Part shown: positions 32,366-41,976 of the stretch, piece after piece
Layout: each line of letters starts with the position of its first letter
How positions within the stretch are numbered: position 1 is the stretch's first letter
From: an uncultured Planctomycetaceae bacterium
GTDB lineage: Bacteria; Planctomycetota; Planctomycetia; Pirellulales; PALSA-1355
Direction of reading: 5' to 3'
Assembly (NCBI GenBank): GCA_963785305.1
Contig: CAWAUV010000008.1
Span: 544,001 to 608,000 of the forward strand
DNA: 64,000 bases
Notes under the pieces: model-generated
Told to the model about the DNA's origin: nothing
The model's database searches: none
The model's input: the letters and a program-made list of their open reading frames with translations, nothing else
Program-made: the position numbers and the translations under genes

Positions 32366-33620
32366 TCACTCATAGCGGATCGGATTCATACTGCCGGCCA
32401 TGAGATTGATCTCGGTGTGGACGCTCGAAAAGAGATCGGCCAGAAATTCGAAACTGATCTCCTCATTGCCCTGGCGGCCCACGAGCACCACTTCGTCGCC
32501 CCAGCGAACCGGCGCCGAGATCGGTCACGTCGACCGTGATGATATTGAGCGACACCCGGCCCACGACCGGGCAGCGCTGGCCGTGGATCAACACGATGCC
32601 TTTGTTGAACAGGGCCCGCGGGTAACCTTCTCCAAAGCCGACCGGCAACGAGGCGATGCGGCTCGGCCGCCGCGTGGTGAAGAGCCCGCCATAGCCGATC
32701 GTGGTTCCAGCGGGCACGTCGCGCACCTGGGCCACGTGGGTCTTGATGCTCATCACCGGGCGGAGCGCGGCGGGGTTGTCGAAGTCGGTCGAAGTGCGCA
32801 CTCCAAAGCACGCGGCGCCGCAGCGCACCATCCGAGGCCGGCCGGGCAGACGCACCGTGGCCGCGCTGTTGTGCGTGTGAACGATCGCGTCGTCGGGCAA
32901 TACATCGGCCAGCGATTGCAGGGTTTGCTCGAAACGCTCGATGCTCTTGAGCGTCGAGGCGAGATCGGCGGAATCGGCCGAGGCGAAGTGAGTGAACACT
33001 CCCGCGATGCGGAGCCCCGGCATCTGGCACACGCGGCGCACGGTTTCGAGCTCTTGGGGCAAGAAGCCGCTGCGGCCCATGCCGGTGTCGATGTTGAGAT
33101 GCACTCTCGCCGGTCGCCCCAGGCGCCGCGACAATCCGGCTAGAAATTCGGCTTGTTCGAGCGTGCCCACTTCTTCTTCGACGCCCAGTTCCAACACGCC
33201 CTCTTCCAGTTCATCGGGCAGGCCCATCCTCAGGCGAAAGATCGGAATCTCGAAGCCCTGCTCGCGAATGATCGCCGCCTCGTGATTCGTGCAAATTCCG
33301 ATCATGTCGGCCCCGGCCGCCACGGCCACGGGCGCCAGCGGCCCGATGCCGTGTCCATAGGCATTGGCCTTCATGACCACGCACAATTTACCCGGCGTGA
33401 CAAGCTCGCGGAGATAACAGATATTGGCGAAAAACGTGGATCGCGACACGCAAACATCGAGCGGATAGCGCCGAGCTCGGCCAACGGCGGCGTCGATCGC
33501 GGTCGGAGCCGAAATCAGCGGCGGCGGAGGCGCGGGCAAGCTCGCGGAATCGGCGATCGGCGAAGCGGCATCGTGTTTGGAAAGAGGATGCTTGGAGCGA
33601 GTCGAGGAAGTCGGTGGCAT
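32366..33620 (-). CDS. alr: Alanine-racemase-family PLP enzyme (broad-spectrum-racemase-like); frameshift near 32500
   Basis: VMKANAYGHG, IDTGMGR.G, THFASAD, HNSAA, IGYGG, GRVSLN. C-terminus EVVLVG..GSMNPIRYE is in the next frame. Confidence 0.88.
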
Positions 33621-33699
33621 GGATCGTCTCTACGCAAAAAACGCGGCTCGCGCGCACGGGAACCGCGCGTTCCCATGTCGCGAGATAAACCCGCGCGAA

Positions 33700-33715
33700 T
33701 GCAATCCATGTGCCA
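33700..33715 (-). promoter_or_regulatory. Sigma-54 (-24/-12) promoter upstream of the racemase
   Basis: Minus strand reads TGGCAC-ATGGA-TTGCA, an exact TGGCAC-N5-TTGC consensus about 80 bp upstream of the start. Confidence 0.8.
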
Positions 33716-33970
33716 TGCCGGCGATTCGCCGCGCCGCGCCTACGATTCCTCTTTGCAATTGCCTCGAAAAGGTCCGCGAGCGATTATAAAAACGTCGCCG
33801 AAACGAGCCGGAAACCGAAAAATCGGCGCGCAATCAAGGCGCCTGTTTCCTAGGAAGCGCGCAGCACATCCCCGTAAAGAGAACAGGCGCGCCAAGCCCT
33901 GCCGCCGGTCAGGGCGGGTTCGCCGCGTGGCCGGACGCCCGCGAGGAGAACACGGTGGCTCGCCCGCTTC

Positions 33971-34309
33971 TCACACCGCCAGCTCGTCTTCTTCATGCGT
34001 GCGAATACGAATCACGCGGGCCAAGTTCATGACGAACACCTTGCCATCGCCCACGTGCCCGGTGCGGGCCGTCTTGACCAGTGTTTCGAGCACCACCGGG
34101 GCCTGGCTGTCGCGGATCACGATTTCGACTTTCACCTTTGGCCGAAAATCGACGCGGTATTCGCTCCCGCGAAAATTGCCGACGTGTCCCTTTTGGCGCC
34201 CGAAGCCGCGCGCCTCGGTCACGGTCATGCCCTCGACGCCTTTGGCGTGAAGGGCGTCTTTCACCGCTTCGAGCTTGTTGTGACGAATGACGGCTTCGAT
34301 TTTTTTCAT
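33971..34309 (-). CDS. glnB: P-II family nitrogen regulatory protein (GlnB/GlnK-like)
   Basis: MKKIEAVIR, GMTVTEARGFGRQKG, RGSEY, PKVKVEIV, TG.VGDGKVFV, IRIRT.E. Confidence 0.88.
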   Translation of the reverse strand: MKKIEAVIRHNKLEAVKDALHAKGVEGMTVTEARGFGRQKGHVGNFRGSEYRVDFRPKVKVEIVIRDSQAPVVLETLVKTARTGHVGDGKVFVMNLARVIRIRTHEEDELAV

Positions 34310-34825
34310 ATGCTGCGCCTCGCGAGTGAGTGTGCCCCTGCGTTGAATCGCCCCGTCTCGCCAGAGGCAGCCCGGTGAGTGATTTACTCTAGCGACGCCG
34401 CGGAGAGCAGTCAATTTTTCCGCGGCGGCAGGTGGAAGTCGGGAAGTTCGAGCCATGCTTTGGCAGCCCGTCGAAAAATGCCCTCGGGGGATTTCTCAGC
34501 CTCGCCAAGCGACGAGCGGCATGCCGATGCCTCGATCGGTCCTCGCTCCATCGCCATTCTTCCGCATAATTTTCTTGCCAACGGGCGGGGCGGGGGCTTA
34601 TACTGGCGTGCGGTAGCGTTGGGGCCGGGGACGGCGTTGTCCTTTATCATGCGCACACATTAAAAGCGAATTTCGGATTGCTCGCCGCTCGCCGCGCTCC
34701 TGGCGGGTGGTCCTACCTGGCAGTCCCGCGTTCATCTCGAAAAACACTCCGGACCGACGCGACCGACGCCCGCTGGGCGTTGCCCGCGCTCGGCGTCGCG
34801 AGTCCCCCCAAAGCGAGGCTCCGCC

Positions 34826-36349
34826 ATGCTCGGCCGTGGCCCTTGGTTTATCGAAATACTCCGCCCGCGAAGAGTTTCGATCGCGTTGGACCTTTTCACG
34901 GCAATTGCCGTCGCCGCAGGCGCCCTGGCCCTTGGCGCGAGCTCCGTGCGAGTCGCCACCGCCGCCGATCCGCCGGCCCAAAAGCCTACCGACAAACCTT
35001 CCGCCGATAAGGCCCCGGCGGCGGTCAGCTTCTATCGCGACATTCGCCCCGTGCTCCAGTCCAACTGCCAGGGCTGCCATCAGCCGGCCAAGAGCGAGGG
35101 CAAGCTCTCGCTCACCTGCCGGGCCGAGTTGCTCAAGGCCGGCGAAAGCGGCGAAGCGGCGGTCGTGCCCAGCCAGCCCGAGGCGAGCCATCTGCTCAAA
35201 GCCATCACGCCCAAAGATGGCAAAGCCGAAATGCCCAAGGGCAAAGAACCGCTCTCGGCCACGCAGCTCGACCTCATGCGGCGGTGGATCGCCGCCGGCG
35301 CCGTCGACGACACGCCGCCTTCGCTCGCCGTGGTCTACTGCGCCGAGCATCCGCCGGTCTATCGCGCCCGGCCGGTGGTCACGACGCTCGACTTCTCGCC
35401 CGACGATTCGCTGCTCGCGATCTCCGGCTACCATGAAACGCTGCTTTGGAAGAGCGATGGCGCGGAGCTTGTCGCGCGGCTCGTCGGGCAGTCGGAGCAG
35501 ATCGAAGGCGTGGCCTTTTCGCCCGATGGCAAGAGCCTGGCGGTATCGGGCGGCTCGCCGGGCCGGCTGGGTGAATTGCAAGTCTGGGACATCGCCACGC
35601 GATCGCTCCGCTATGCGATCGCCACCACCTACGACACGATCTATGGCGCAAGTTGGTCACCCGATGGCGCCCGCATCGCCTATGGCTGCGGCGACAACAC
35701 GGTGCGGGCCATTGACGCGGCCACCGGCAAACAGGTGCTTTATCAGGGCGCCCATAGCGATTGGGTGCTCGACACCGTGTTTTCCAAAGATGGCTCGCAT
35801 CTGTGCTCGGTCAGCCGCGACCGCTCGATGAAGCTGATCGAAGTGGCCACGCAGCGTTTCGTCGACAACATCACGAGCATCACGCCCGGCGCGCTCAAGG
35901 GCGGGCTCGCGGCCGTGGCCCGGCATCCCCAGAAAGACGAACTACTGATCGGCGGGGCCGACGGGGCGCCGAAGATCTATCAGATGTATCGCACCAAGAA
36001 TCGCGTGATCGGCGACGACTTCAATCTGATCAAAGCCGTACGATCCGCGCCGGGCCGGATTTGCGGCGTGGCGTATAGCGGCGATGGGGCGAAGATCGTC
36101 GTCGGCAGCAGCCTCGACGGTCAGGGCGAGACCCGCATCGACGACGTGGCGACCGGCAAGACCCTGCACAAGTTCACCGATGAGGGACCGATCTATTGCG
36201 TGGCCTTTTCGCACGACAGCCATCGCGTCGCGTCGGCCGGCTTCGATGGACTGGTCCGCATCCACGACGCCGACTCCGGCAGCTTTGCGCGCGAATTCTG
36301 CCCGGCCCCGCTCGAAGCGCCCGACACGGCGGCCGCGGCGAAACCCTGA
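34826..36349 (+). CDS. Planctomycete cytochrome c (PSCyt1) + WD40 repeat protein
   Basis: VSFYRDIRPVLQSNCQGCH, MPK, RWI..GA, followed by several FSPDG/WSPDG WD40 repeats. Confidence 0.9.
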   Translation: MLGRGPWFIEILRPRRVSIALDLFTAIAVAAGALALGASSVRVATAADPPAQKPTDKPSADKAPAAVSFYRDIRPVLQSNCQGCHQPAKSEGKLSLTCRAELLKAGESGEAAVVPSQPEASHLLKAITPKDGKAEMPKGKEPLSATQLDLMRRWIAAGAVDDTPPSLAVVYCAEHPPVYRARPVVTTLDFSPDDSLLAISGYHETLLWKSDGAELVARLVGQSEQIEGVAFSPDGKSLAVSGGSPGRLGELQVWDIATRSLRYAIATTYDTIYGASWSPDGARIAYGCGDNTVRAIDAATGKQVLYQGAHSDWVLDTVFSKDGSHLCSVSRDRSMKLIEVATQRFVDNITSITPGALKGGLAAVARHPQKDELLIGGADGAPKIYQMYRTKNRVIGDDFNLIKAVRSAPGRICGVAYSGDGAKIVVGSSLDGQGETRIDDVATGKTLHKFTDEGPIYCVAFSHDSHRVASAGFDGLVRIHDADSGSFAREFCPAPLEAPDTAAAAKP

Positions 36350-36444
36350 TCCAACTCCCGATCCGAATGTTTTGTAGCAGTAGACCGACCTTCAACCACC
36401 CTTTGGCAACCCCGCGTCAGGCCCATTCCCCGGAGACAAGGACG

Positions 36445-39400
36445 ATGTTCCAGAGAATCCGTTTGATCGAATGCTCGCGAAGCGCCGCCATCGATCGGGC
36501 CGCCATCGATCGGGCCGCCATCAATCGGGCCACGAGCCGCGCGGCCGCGCTCGCGATCGTCGTGACGTTGGGCGCGGTGTGTTCGATCGCCGCGGCGCTT
36601 CGGGCCGCGCCGCTGGGCGCCGAGAAATTGCCCGAGGGGTTCGAAGTCGTGGCTCTCGAGGCCTATCCGGCGGCGATCAAGCTCGACGGCGCTTACGCCT
36701 ATTCGCAATTGCTCATCACGGCCCGCTTGGCTGGCGGCGAGCAGCTTGACGTGACTCGCTCGGCCGACGCCTCGTGGCCCGCGGAATTGGTCGGCGTTTC
36801 GCCCACCGGCGTGGTGCGGCCGAAACACGATGGCGCCGGCGAGATTCGCTTTTCGGCCGCGGGTCACGAGATCAAGATTCCGCTCGAAGTCACCGGCTTC
36901 GCGGCCATTCGGGCCACGAGCTTCGTAAAAGATGTCGCGCCGGCGATGAGCAAAATGGGCTGCAACGCCGGCACCTGCCACGGCTCGCTCAATGGTAAAA
37001 ACGGCTTCAAACTCTCGCTCCGCGGCTACGACCCGCTGTATGACCATCGCGCCTTGACCGACGATATCGCCGGCCGGCGATTCAATCGAGTGGCGCCCGA
37101 CGAAAGCCTGATGCTGCTCAAGCCGGCGGGCGTGATTCCGCATGTGGGCGGTGTGCTCACGCGGCCGGGCGAACCGTATTACGAGATGCTGCGGAGCTGG
37201 ATCGCGGCCGGCGTGAAGCTCGATCTCGACAGTCCGCGGGTGACGAAAATCGAACTCGTGCCCAAGAACCCGATCGTGCCGCGGCCGGGCATGAAACTGC
37301 AAGCCGCCGTGACGGCCACATACGGCGATGGCTCGACGCGCGATGTGACGCTCGAATCGTTTATCGAGAGCGGCGGCGACCGAGATCGTCGAGGTCGATA
37401 AGCAAGGGCTCGTCACCACGCTCCGCCGAGGCGAGGCGCCGCTCCTGGCCCGCTACGAAGGCGCTTACACGGCCACGACGATCACCGTGATGGGCGATCG
37501 CTCGGGCTTCGAATGGCGCGATGCGCCAGCCTACAACCCGATCGACGAACTGGTCTACGCCAAGCTGCGGCGAGTGCGCACCCTGCCGAGCGACTTATGC
37601 ACCGACGCCGAATTCATTCGCCGCGTGTATCTCGATCTGGTCGGCCTGCCGCCCTCGGCCGATGAGATTCGCGCGTTTTTGAACGATGGCCGCGACTCGC
37701 GGGCCAAGCGCGACGCGCTGGTCGATCGGCTCGTCGGCTCGCCGGAATATGTCGAGCATTGGACCAACAAATGGGCCGATCTCCTGCAAGTGAATCGCAA
37801 GTTCCTCGGCGAGCGCGGCTCGGCGGCGCTGCGGGCCTGGATTCAAAACGCAATCGAAACCAACATGCCCTACGATCAATTCGTCCATGAGATTCTGACC
37901 GGCAGCGGCTCGACGGTCGATCATCCCCCGGCCGCGTATTATAAGACCCTGCGCACGCCGGAAGAGTTGGTCGAAAACACGACGCAACTGTTCCTGGCGG
38001 TGCGATTCAATTGCAACAAATGCCACGACCATCCGTTCGAGCGCTGGACCCAAAGCCAGTACTACCACTTGGCCGCCTTCTTCGCCCAAGTCGGCCGCAA
38101 GGACGATCCCGACAGCATGGGCCAAAAGCTCGCCGGCACCAGCGTGGATTCGGCCAAGGCGACGATTGAGGACATTTTCGATTCCGGCAGCGGCGAGGAG
38201 AAACATGCCGGCACCGGCAAAGTGGCGCCGCCGAAGTTTCCTTTTGACCACGCCGATCTGGCGCCCGACTCGGCCCCCCGGCGCGAGCAGCTTGCCCACT
38301 GGATCACGTCGAAAGACAACCAATACTTCGCCAAGAGCTATGCCAACCGTCTCTGGGGCTATCTGTTCGGCCGCGGCATCATCGAGCCGATCGACGATAT
38401 TCGCGCCGGCAATCCCGCCACGAATCCGGAACTGCTCGATTGGCTGACCGCGCGGTTCATCAACTCGAATTTCGACCCGCAAGACCTGCTGCGCGCGATT
38501 TGCAAGTCGGCCACGTATCAACGCTCGATCGCCGTGAATCGCTGGAACGAGGACGACGATATCAACTATTCGCACGCCGTCGCCCGGCGCTTGCCGGCCG
38601 AAGTAATGTACGACGCCGTGATGCGATCGGCCGGCTCGACCAGCCGCCTGCCGGGCCTGCCGCCGGGTTTTCGCGCGGCCCAGCTCCTTGACTCGGGCGC
38701 CTCGCTGCCGAGCGGCTTCTTGGAACAGTTTGGCCGGCCGCCGCGCGAAAGCGCCTGCGAATGCGAACGCACGACCGGCGTGATGCTGGGCCCGGTGATG
38801 ACTCTGGTAAACGGCCCGACGATTGCCGAGGCGCTCAATGATCCGAACAACGCGATCACGAAGTTGGTGCGGAGCGAGTCGAGCGATGCCCGCGTGGTGG
38901 AGGAAATTTTCTACCGCTTCCTCTGCCGGCCGCCGACAACGGATGAACTGGCGGCGGGCGTGAAAGCCATGTCGGCGAGCGACGAAGATCAGGCCCGGCC
39001 GGCCGCCGAGTTGGCTGCTTATGAAGCGCAACTGGACGCCGCGCAAGCCGACTGGGAAACGCATCAGGGCCCGCCGGTTTGGAGCGAACTGGCCCCGGCC
39101 GAAATGACCGCCGCCAACGGCGCCACGCTCACCGCGAGCCGGATCGCGCGATCTTGGTCGAAGGCCATGAAGGCAAGGGCGCCTACACCGTCAAAGCCGC
39201 TCACCGAACTGAGCGGCCTGACCGGAGTGCGCCTGGAAGCGCTGACCGATCCCAAGCTCCCGAGCCAAGGGCCGGGCCGAGCGCCCAACGGCAATTTCGT
39301 GCTCAACGAATTTCGGATCACCGCCGCGCCGGCCGCCGATCCGGGCAAGGCGGTTCCGTTGACGCTCGAACACGCCTCGGCCGACTTCTCCCAGCAGGGC

Positions 39401-39844
39401 TTCGCGGTCGCTTCGGCGGTCGATTCGCGGCCGGGCACGGGCTGGGCGGTCTCGCCCCAATTGGGCAAGAATCATGTCGCCACGTTTGAAATCGCCGGCG
39501 ACGCGGGCTACGTCGGCGGCACGCTCCTGGTATTTACCTTGAACCACCAATACGACGAGCATCATGCGCTCGGAAAGTTCCGGCTCTCGGTCACCACCTC
39601 GCGGCGGCCATTTACGGGCAGTCTGCCGGAGGCGATCGTTATGATTTTGGCCGCGCCGCGGGAACAACGTTCGTCCGAGCAACAGGCCGAGCTTACCCGC
39701 TACTTCCGCGGGCAAGATCCGGAATGGCATCGTTTGAGCGAAGCCGCCGCCGCCGCGAGCCGCTTGGGCGATAAGCGTCTGATCGGCGCCCAAGACTTGG
39801 CCTGGGCCCTGATCAACAGCCCGGCGTTTCTATTCAACCGCTAG
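36445..39844 (+). CDS. DUF1549/DUF1553 domain protein with Ig-like region; frameshifts near 37375 and locally 39135-39195
   Basis: GCNAGTCHG, NPIDELV, EFIRRVYLDL, CNKCHDHPF, NRLWGYLFGRGIIEP.DD, FGRPPRESACECER, DLAWALINSPAFLFNR. Confidence 0.9.
36484..36528 (+). repeat. 15-bp tandem repeat x3 in coding sequence
   Basis: GCCGCCATCGATCGG x2 plus GCCGCCATCAATCGG, encoding AAIDR-AAIDR-AAINR. Confidence 0.9.
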
Positions 39845-39854
39845 GCAGTTCACG

Positions 39855-41261
39855 TCAACGTATAGGTTTCGCTCGATCCGCGAGTTCCACGCGGTCGACC
39901 AGCACCACGCGCAGGTCGCAAACATTCGTGTGCGTGGGGCCGGTTTTTAGGAGGCCACCGGCGGCGTTGAAGAAGGTGTAGGCGTCGTTGCGGCGGAGCG
40001 CTTCGGCGGCGTCGAGGCCCCGGGAGCGCGCGGCGGCGATGATCTCGTCGTCGACCCACGCGCCGGCGGCGTCGGTCGGACCGTCTTCGCCATCGGTGCC
40101 GGCCGAAAGCAAGAGCACGCCGCTCGGCCATCGCCCGGCAAGCCGCTCGAGCGCCGCCAGGGCGAGCTGTTGGTTGCGTCCGCCGCGACCGCGAATCTCG
40201 ATCGGGGCGAGCTTGGCCACCGGCTCGCCACCACTGATGAGGCAGTCGGGCCCCGGCCCGCCGCGCATCGCGAGACCCACAGCGGCCAATCGCTCGCCGA
40301 CACCCTCGGCCAGTCCTTCGCCCCGGGCCGCGCTTTGCATCGCATGGGAATAGCCGAGCCGTTCGGCTTCGAGCCCCGCCGCGTCGACGGCGATCGCATT
40401 GTTGCCGAGAATCGTGTTTCGCACTCGCGATGGCGAGCTCGACTCGCGCGCGGAAAGGTCCGACCCCGGGCCGGAGCGCGCTTCGAGCGCCGTGAAGACA
40501 CTTGCCGGCGCGAGGCCGCGAGCGCCAAACCGCTCGAGCACCGCGAGCGCGTCGGCCGGCGTCGAGCGCGTCGGCGTCGTCGGACCCGAGGCAATGATTT
40601 CGAGCGGGTCGCCCATCACGTCGGAAAGGATCAGGCACTCGAGTCGCCCGGCGCGGCTCGCGCGGGCCAGTCCACCGCCCTTGATGTCGCTGATCCACGA
40701 GCGCACGCAATTAAGTTCCTCGATCAACGCGCCGGCGGCGGAAAGGAAACGGGTGATCGCGCGCTTATCGTCGAGCGACACCGGCGGCCGCGGTGCGGGC
40801 AACAGGGCCGATCCGCCGCCGGAAAGAAGCACCATGCACAGGTCCCGCGGCCCGAGCGCCGCCACGCGCCGCAAAATCTCTTTCGCGCCGCGCACTCCCT
40901 CGGCCGTGGGCTCATTGACGCCGGCCGGCCGAGCCGGATGCAAATGAATCGCCGCGGTCGGGCGAACGCAATCGGCCGGCGCATTGACCCAGCCGCTCAC
41001 TTGTTTGGCCGCGAGCACTTCGGGCCCCAGGGCCGCCTCGACGCCAGCGACCATGCCGGCCGCCGCCTTGCCCGCGCCCACGACTTCGATCCGCCGAATC
41101 GCGGCCAGTTCGATCGTTTCGTCACCCAGTCGAAGCGCGGGGCCATCGACGCTGATGAACTCTCGCGCCAGCCGCTCGGCGTCGACCGCCGCCACGCCGG
41201 CGCGCCAGATTCGCAGCGCGTCGCGGCGCATTTGCAAAATCGATCGACCGGCTCGCGACAT
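39855..41261 (-). CDS. Glycerate 2-kinase type 2 (DUF4147/MOFRL)
   Basis: VGAGKAAAGM, LLSGGGSAL, IKGGGL, SDVMGD..IASGPT, GGRNQ, GTDGEDGPTDAAG, TGPTHTNVCD. Confidence 0.93.
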   Translation of the reverse strand: MSRAGRSILQMRRDALRIWRAGVAAVDAERLAREFISVDGPALRLGDETIELAAIRRIEVVGAGKAAAGMVAGVEAALGPEVLAAKQVSGWVNAPADCVRPTAAIHLHPARPAGVNEPTAEGVRGAKEILRRVAALGPRDLCMVLLSGGGSALLPAPRPPVSLDDKRAITRFLSAAGALIEELNCVRSWISDIKGGGLARASRAGRLECLILSDVMGDPLEIIASGPTTPTRSTPADALAVLERFGARGLAPASVFTALEARSGPGSDLSARESSSPSRVRNTILGNNAIAVDAAGLEAERLGYSHAMQSAARGEGLAEGVGERLAAVGLAMRGGPGPDCLISGGEPVAKLAPIEIRGRGGRNQQLALAALERLAGRWPSGVLLLSAGTDGEDGPTDAAGAWVDDEIIAAARSRGLDAAEALRRNDAYTFFNAAGGLLKTGPTHTNVCDLRVVLVDRVELADRAKPIR

Positions 41262-41453
41262 AGGTCGGTTTTCCAAGGGCGAAAGTACGACGGGCGACCA
41301 ACGCTAGTGCTTTGTCACGGCTGAAATGATGGAAAAGTCGGTTTGCCCGTGTGAAGCCATGAGAGGAGGCCGCGCCGCGCGGGGGCCTTGGAAACGTGGT
41401 AAACCTAAGGGGAGTTGCGACATCCCTTGTGTTTCCACAAAAAGGAGCTTCCC

Positions 41454-41615
41454 ATGAATTACGTCGGCGTGGACTCCACAAACAGGTTATCGTTTGGCGG
41501 GCGGTAGCGAAAGCGGGCGACAAGCGAGGCGGGATCGGGGGCCATTTGGCCTGTGGGGACACGGCGAAGATCCGCGACACGTTTGCCAAGCTGGCGCCGT
41601 TTGCGACCGCGGACG
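41454..41615 (+). pseudogene. IS110-family transposase N-terminal (DEDD RuvC-like) fragment
   Basis: AAGGAG RBS, then MNYVGVD-[1-nt deletion]-LHKQVIV...LACGDTAKIRDTFAKLAPF; truncated after about 50 aa. Confidence 0.72.
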
Positions 41616-41810
41616 ATTCCGACGGCATGGCTACGGGCGACTGACTGGGCCGACCCGAGTTCTTGTGAATGGAGCGTCCGTCGAATTCCTTCCCGGGACG
41701 ACCCCAAGCGGGCCGATCTCGAATAGATGCCTGAGCGCAAACCTGCGACTCGCGGAACTTACCGTCGCCACCCCCAACCACATTCCAAGAACCCCACTTG
41801 ACGGAACCCC
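41616..41810 (+). ncRNA. Candidate (partial) bridge/seek RNA region of the IS1111-type element
   Basis: Non-coding 3' region with ATAGATG (41723-41729) identical to the right end plus core (41815-41821). GGCATGGCT (41624-41632) is complementary to the target flank and to the left end. Boundaries are inferred. Confidence 0.5.
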
Positions 41811-41976
41811 ATTCATAGATGCCATGCCCACCGCCCCGCGTGGGCATGAGGACTCCGCGTGGCGCTTTGAAAACATGCCCACGCTGGGCAATGGGCATGG
41901 CACACGGGGTTACCTATCATTTCAGCCGTGACAAAGCACTACCGCCCGACCAACCATTACAAAGCACTAGCCCCGA

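Larger units (their letters stand above)
41354..41819 (+). mobile_element. Internally deleted IS110-family (IS1111-type) element
   Basis: Flanked by TG (41352-53, 41820-21). Imperfect sub-terminal IRs ATGAGAGG / CCATTCAT, TTGACG at 41798-41803, a transposase N-terminal fragment and a 3' non-coding region. Confidence 0.75.
41305..41941. mobile_element. MITE copy A: 26-bp perfect terminal inverted repeats enclosing a REP-like pair, interrupted by an IS110-family derivative
   Basis: TAGTGCTTTGTCACGGCTGAAATGAT (41305-41330) and its exact reverse complement (41916-41941). Removing the 468-bp insert (41354-41821, including one TG copy) leaves a 169-bp element homologous to 46566-46731 and 62028-62199. 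Confidence 0.88.

Noticed and set aside
41821..41905. CRISPR or TIGR-like array interpretation of the CATGCCCAC repeats
   Set aside because: The repeats come as inverted pairs inside dispersed ~170-bp elements, not as a direct-repeat/spacer array; no cas genes are present.
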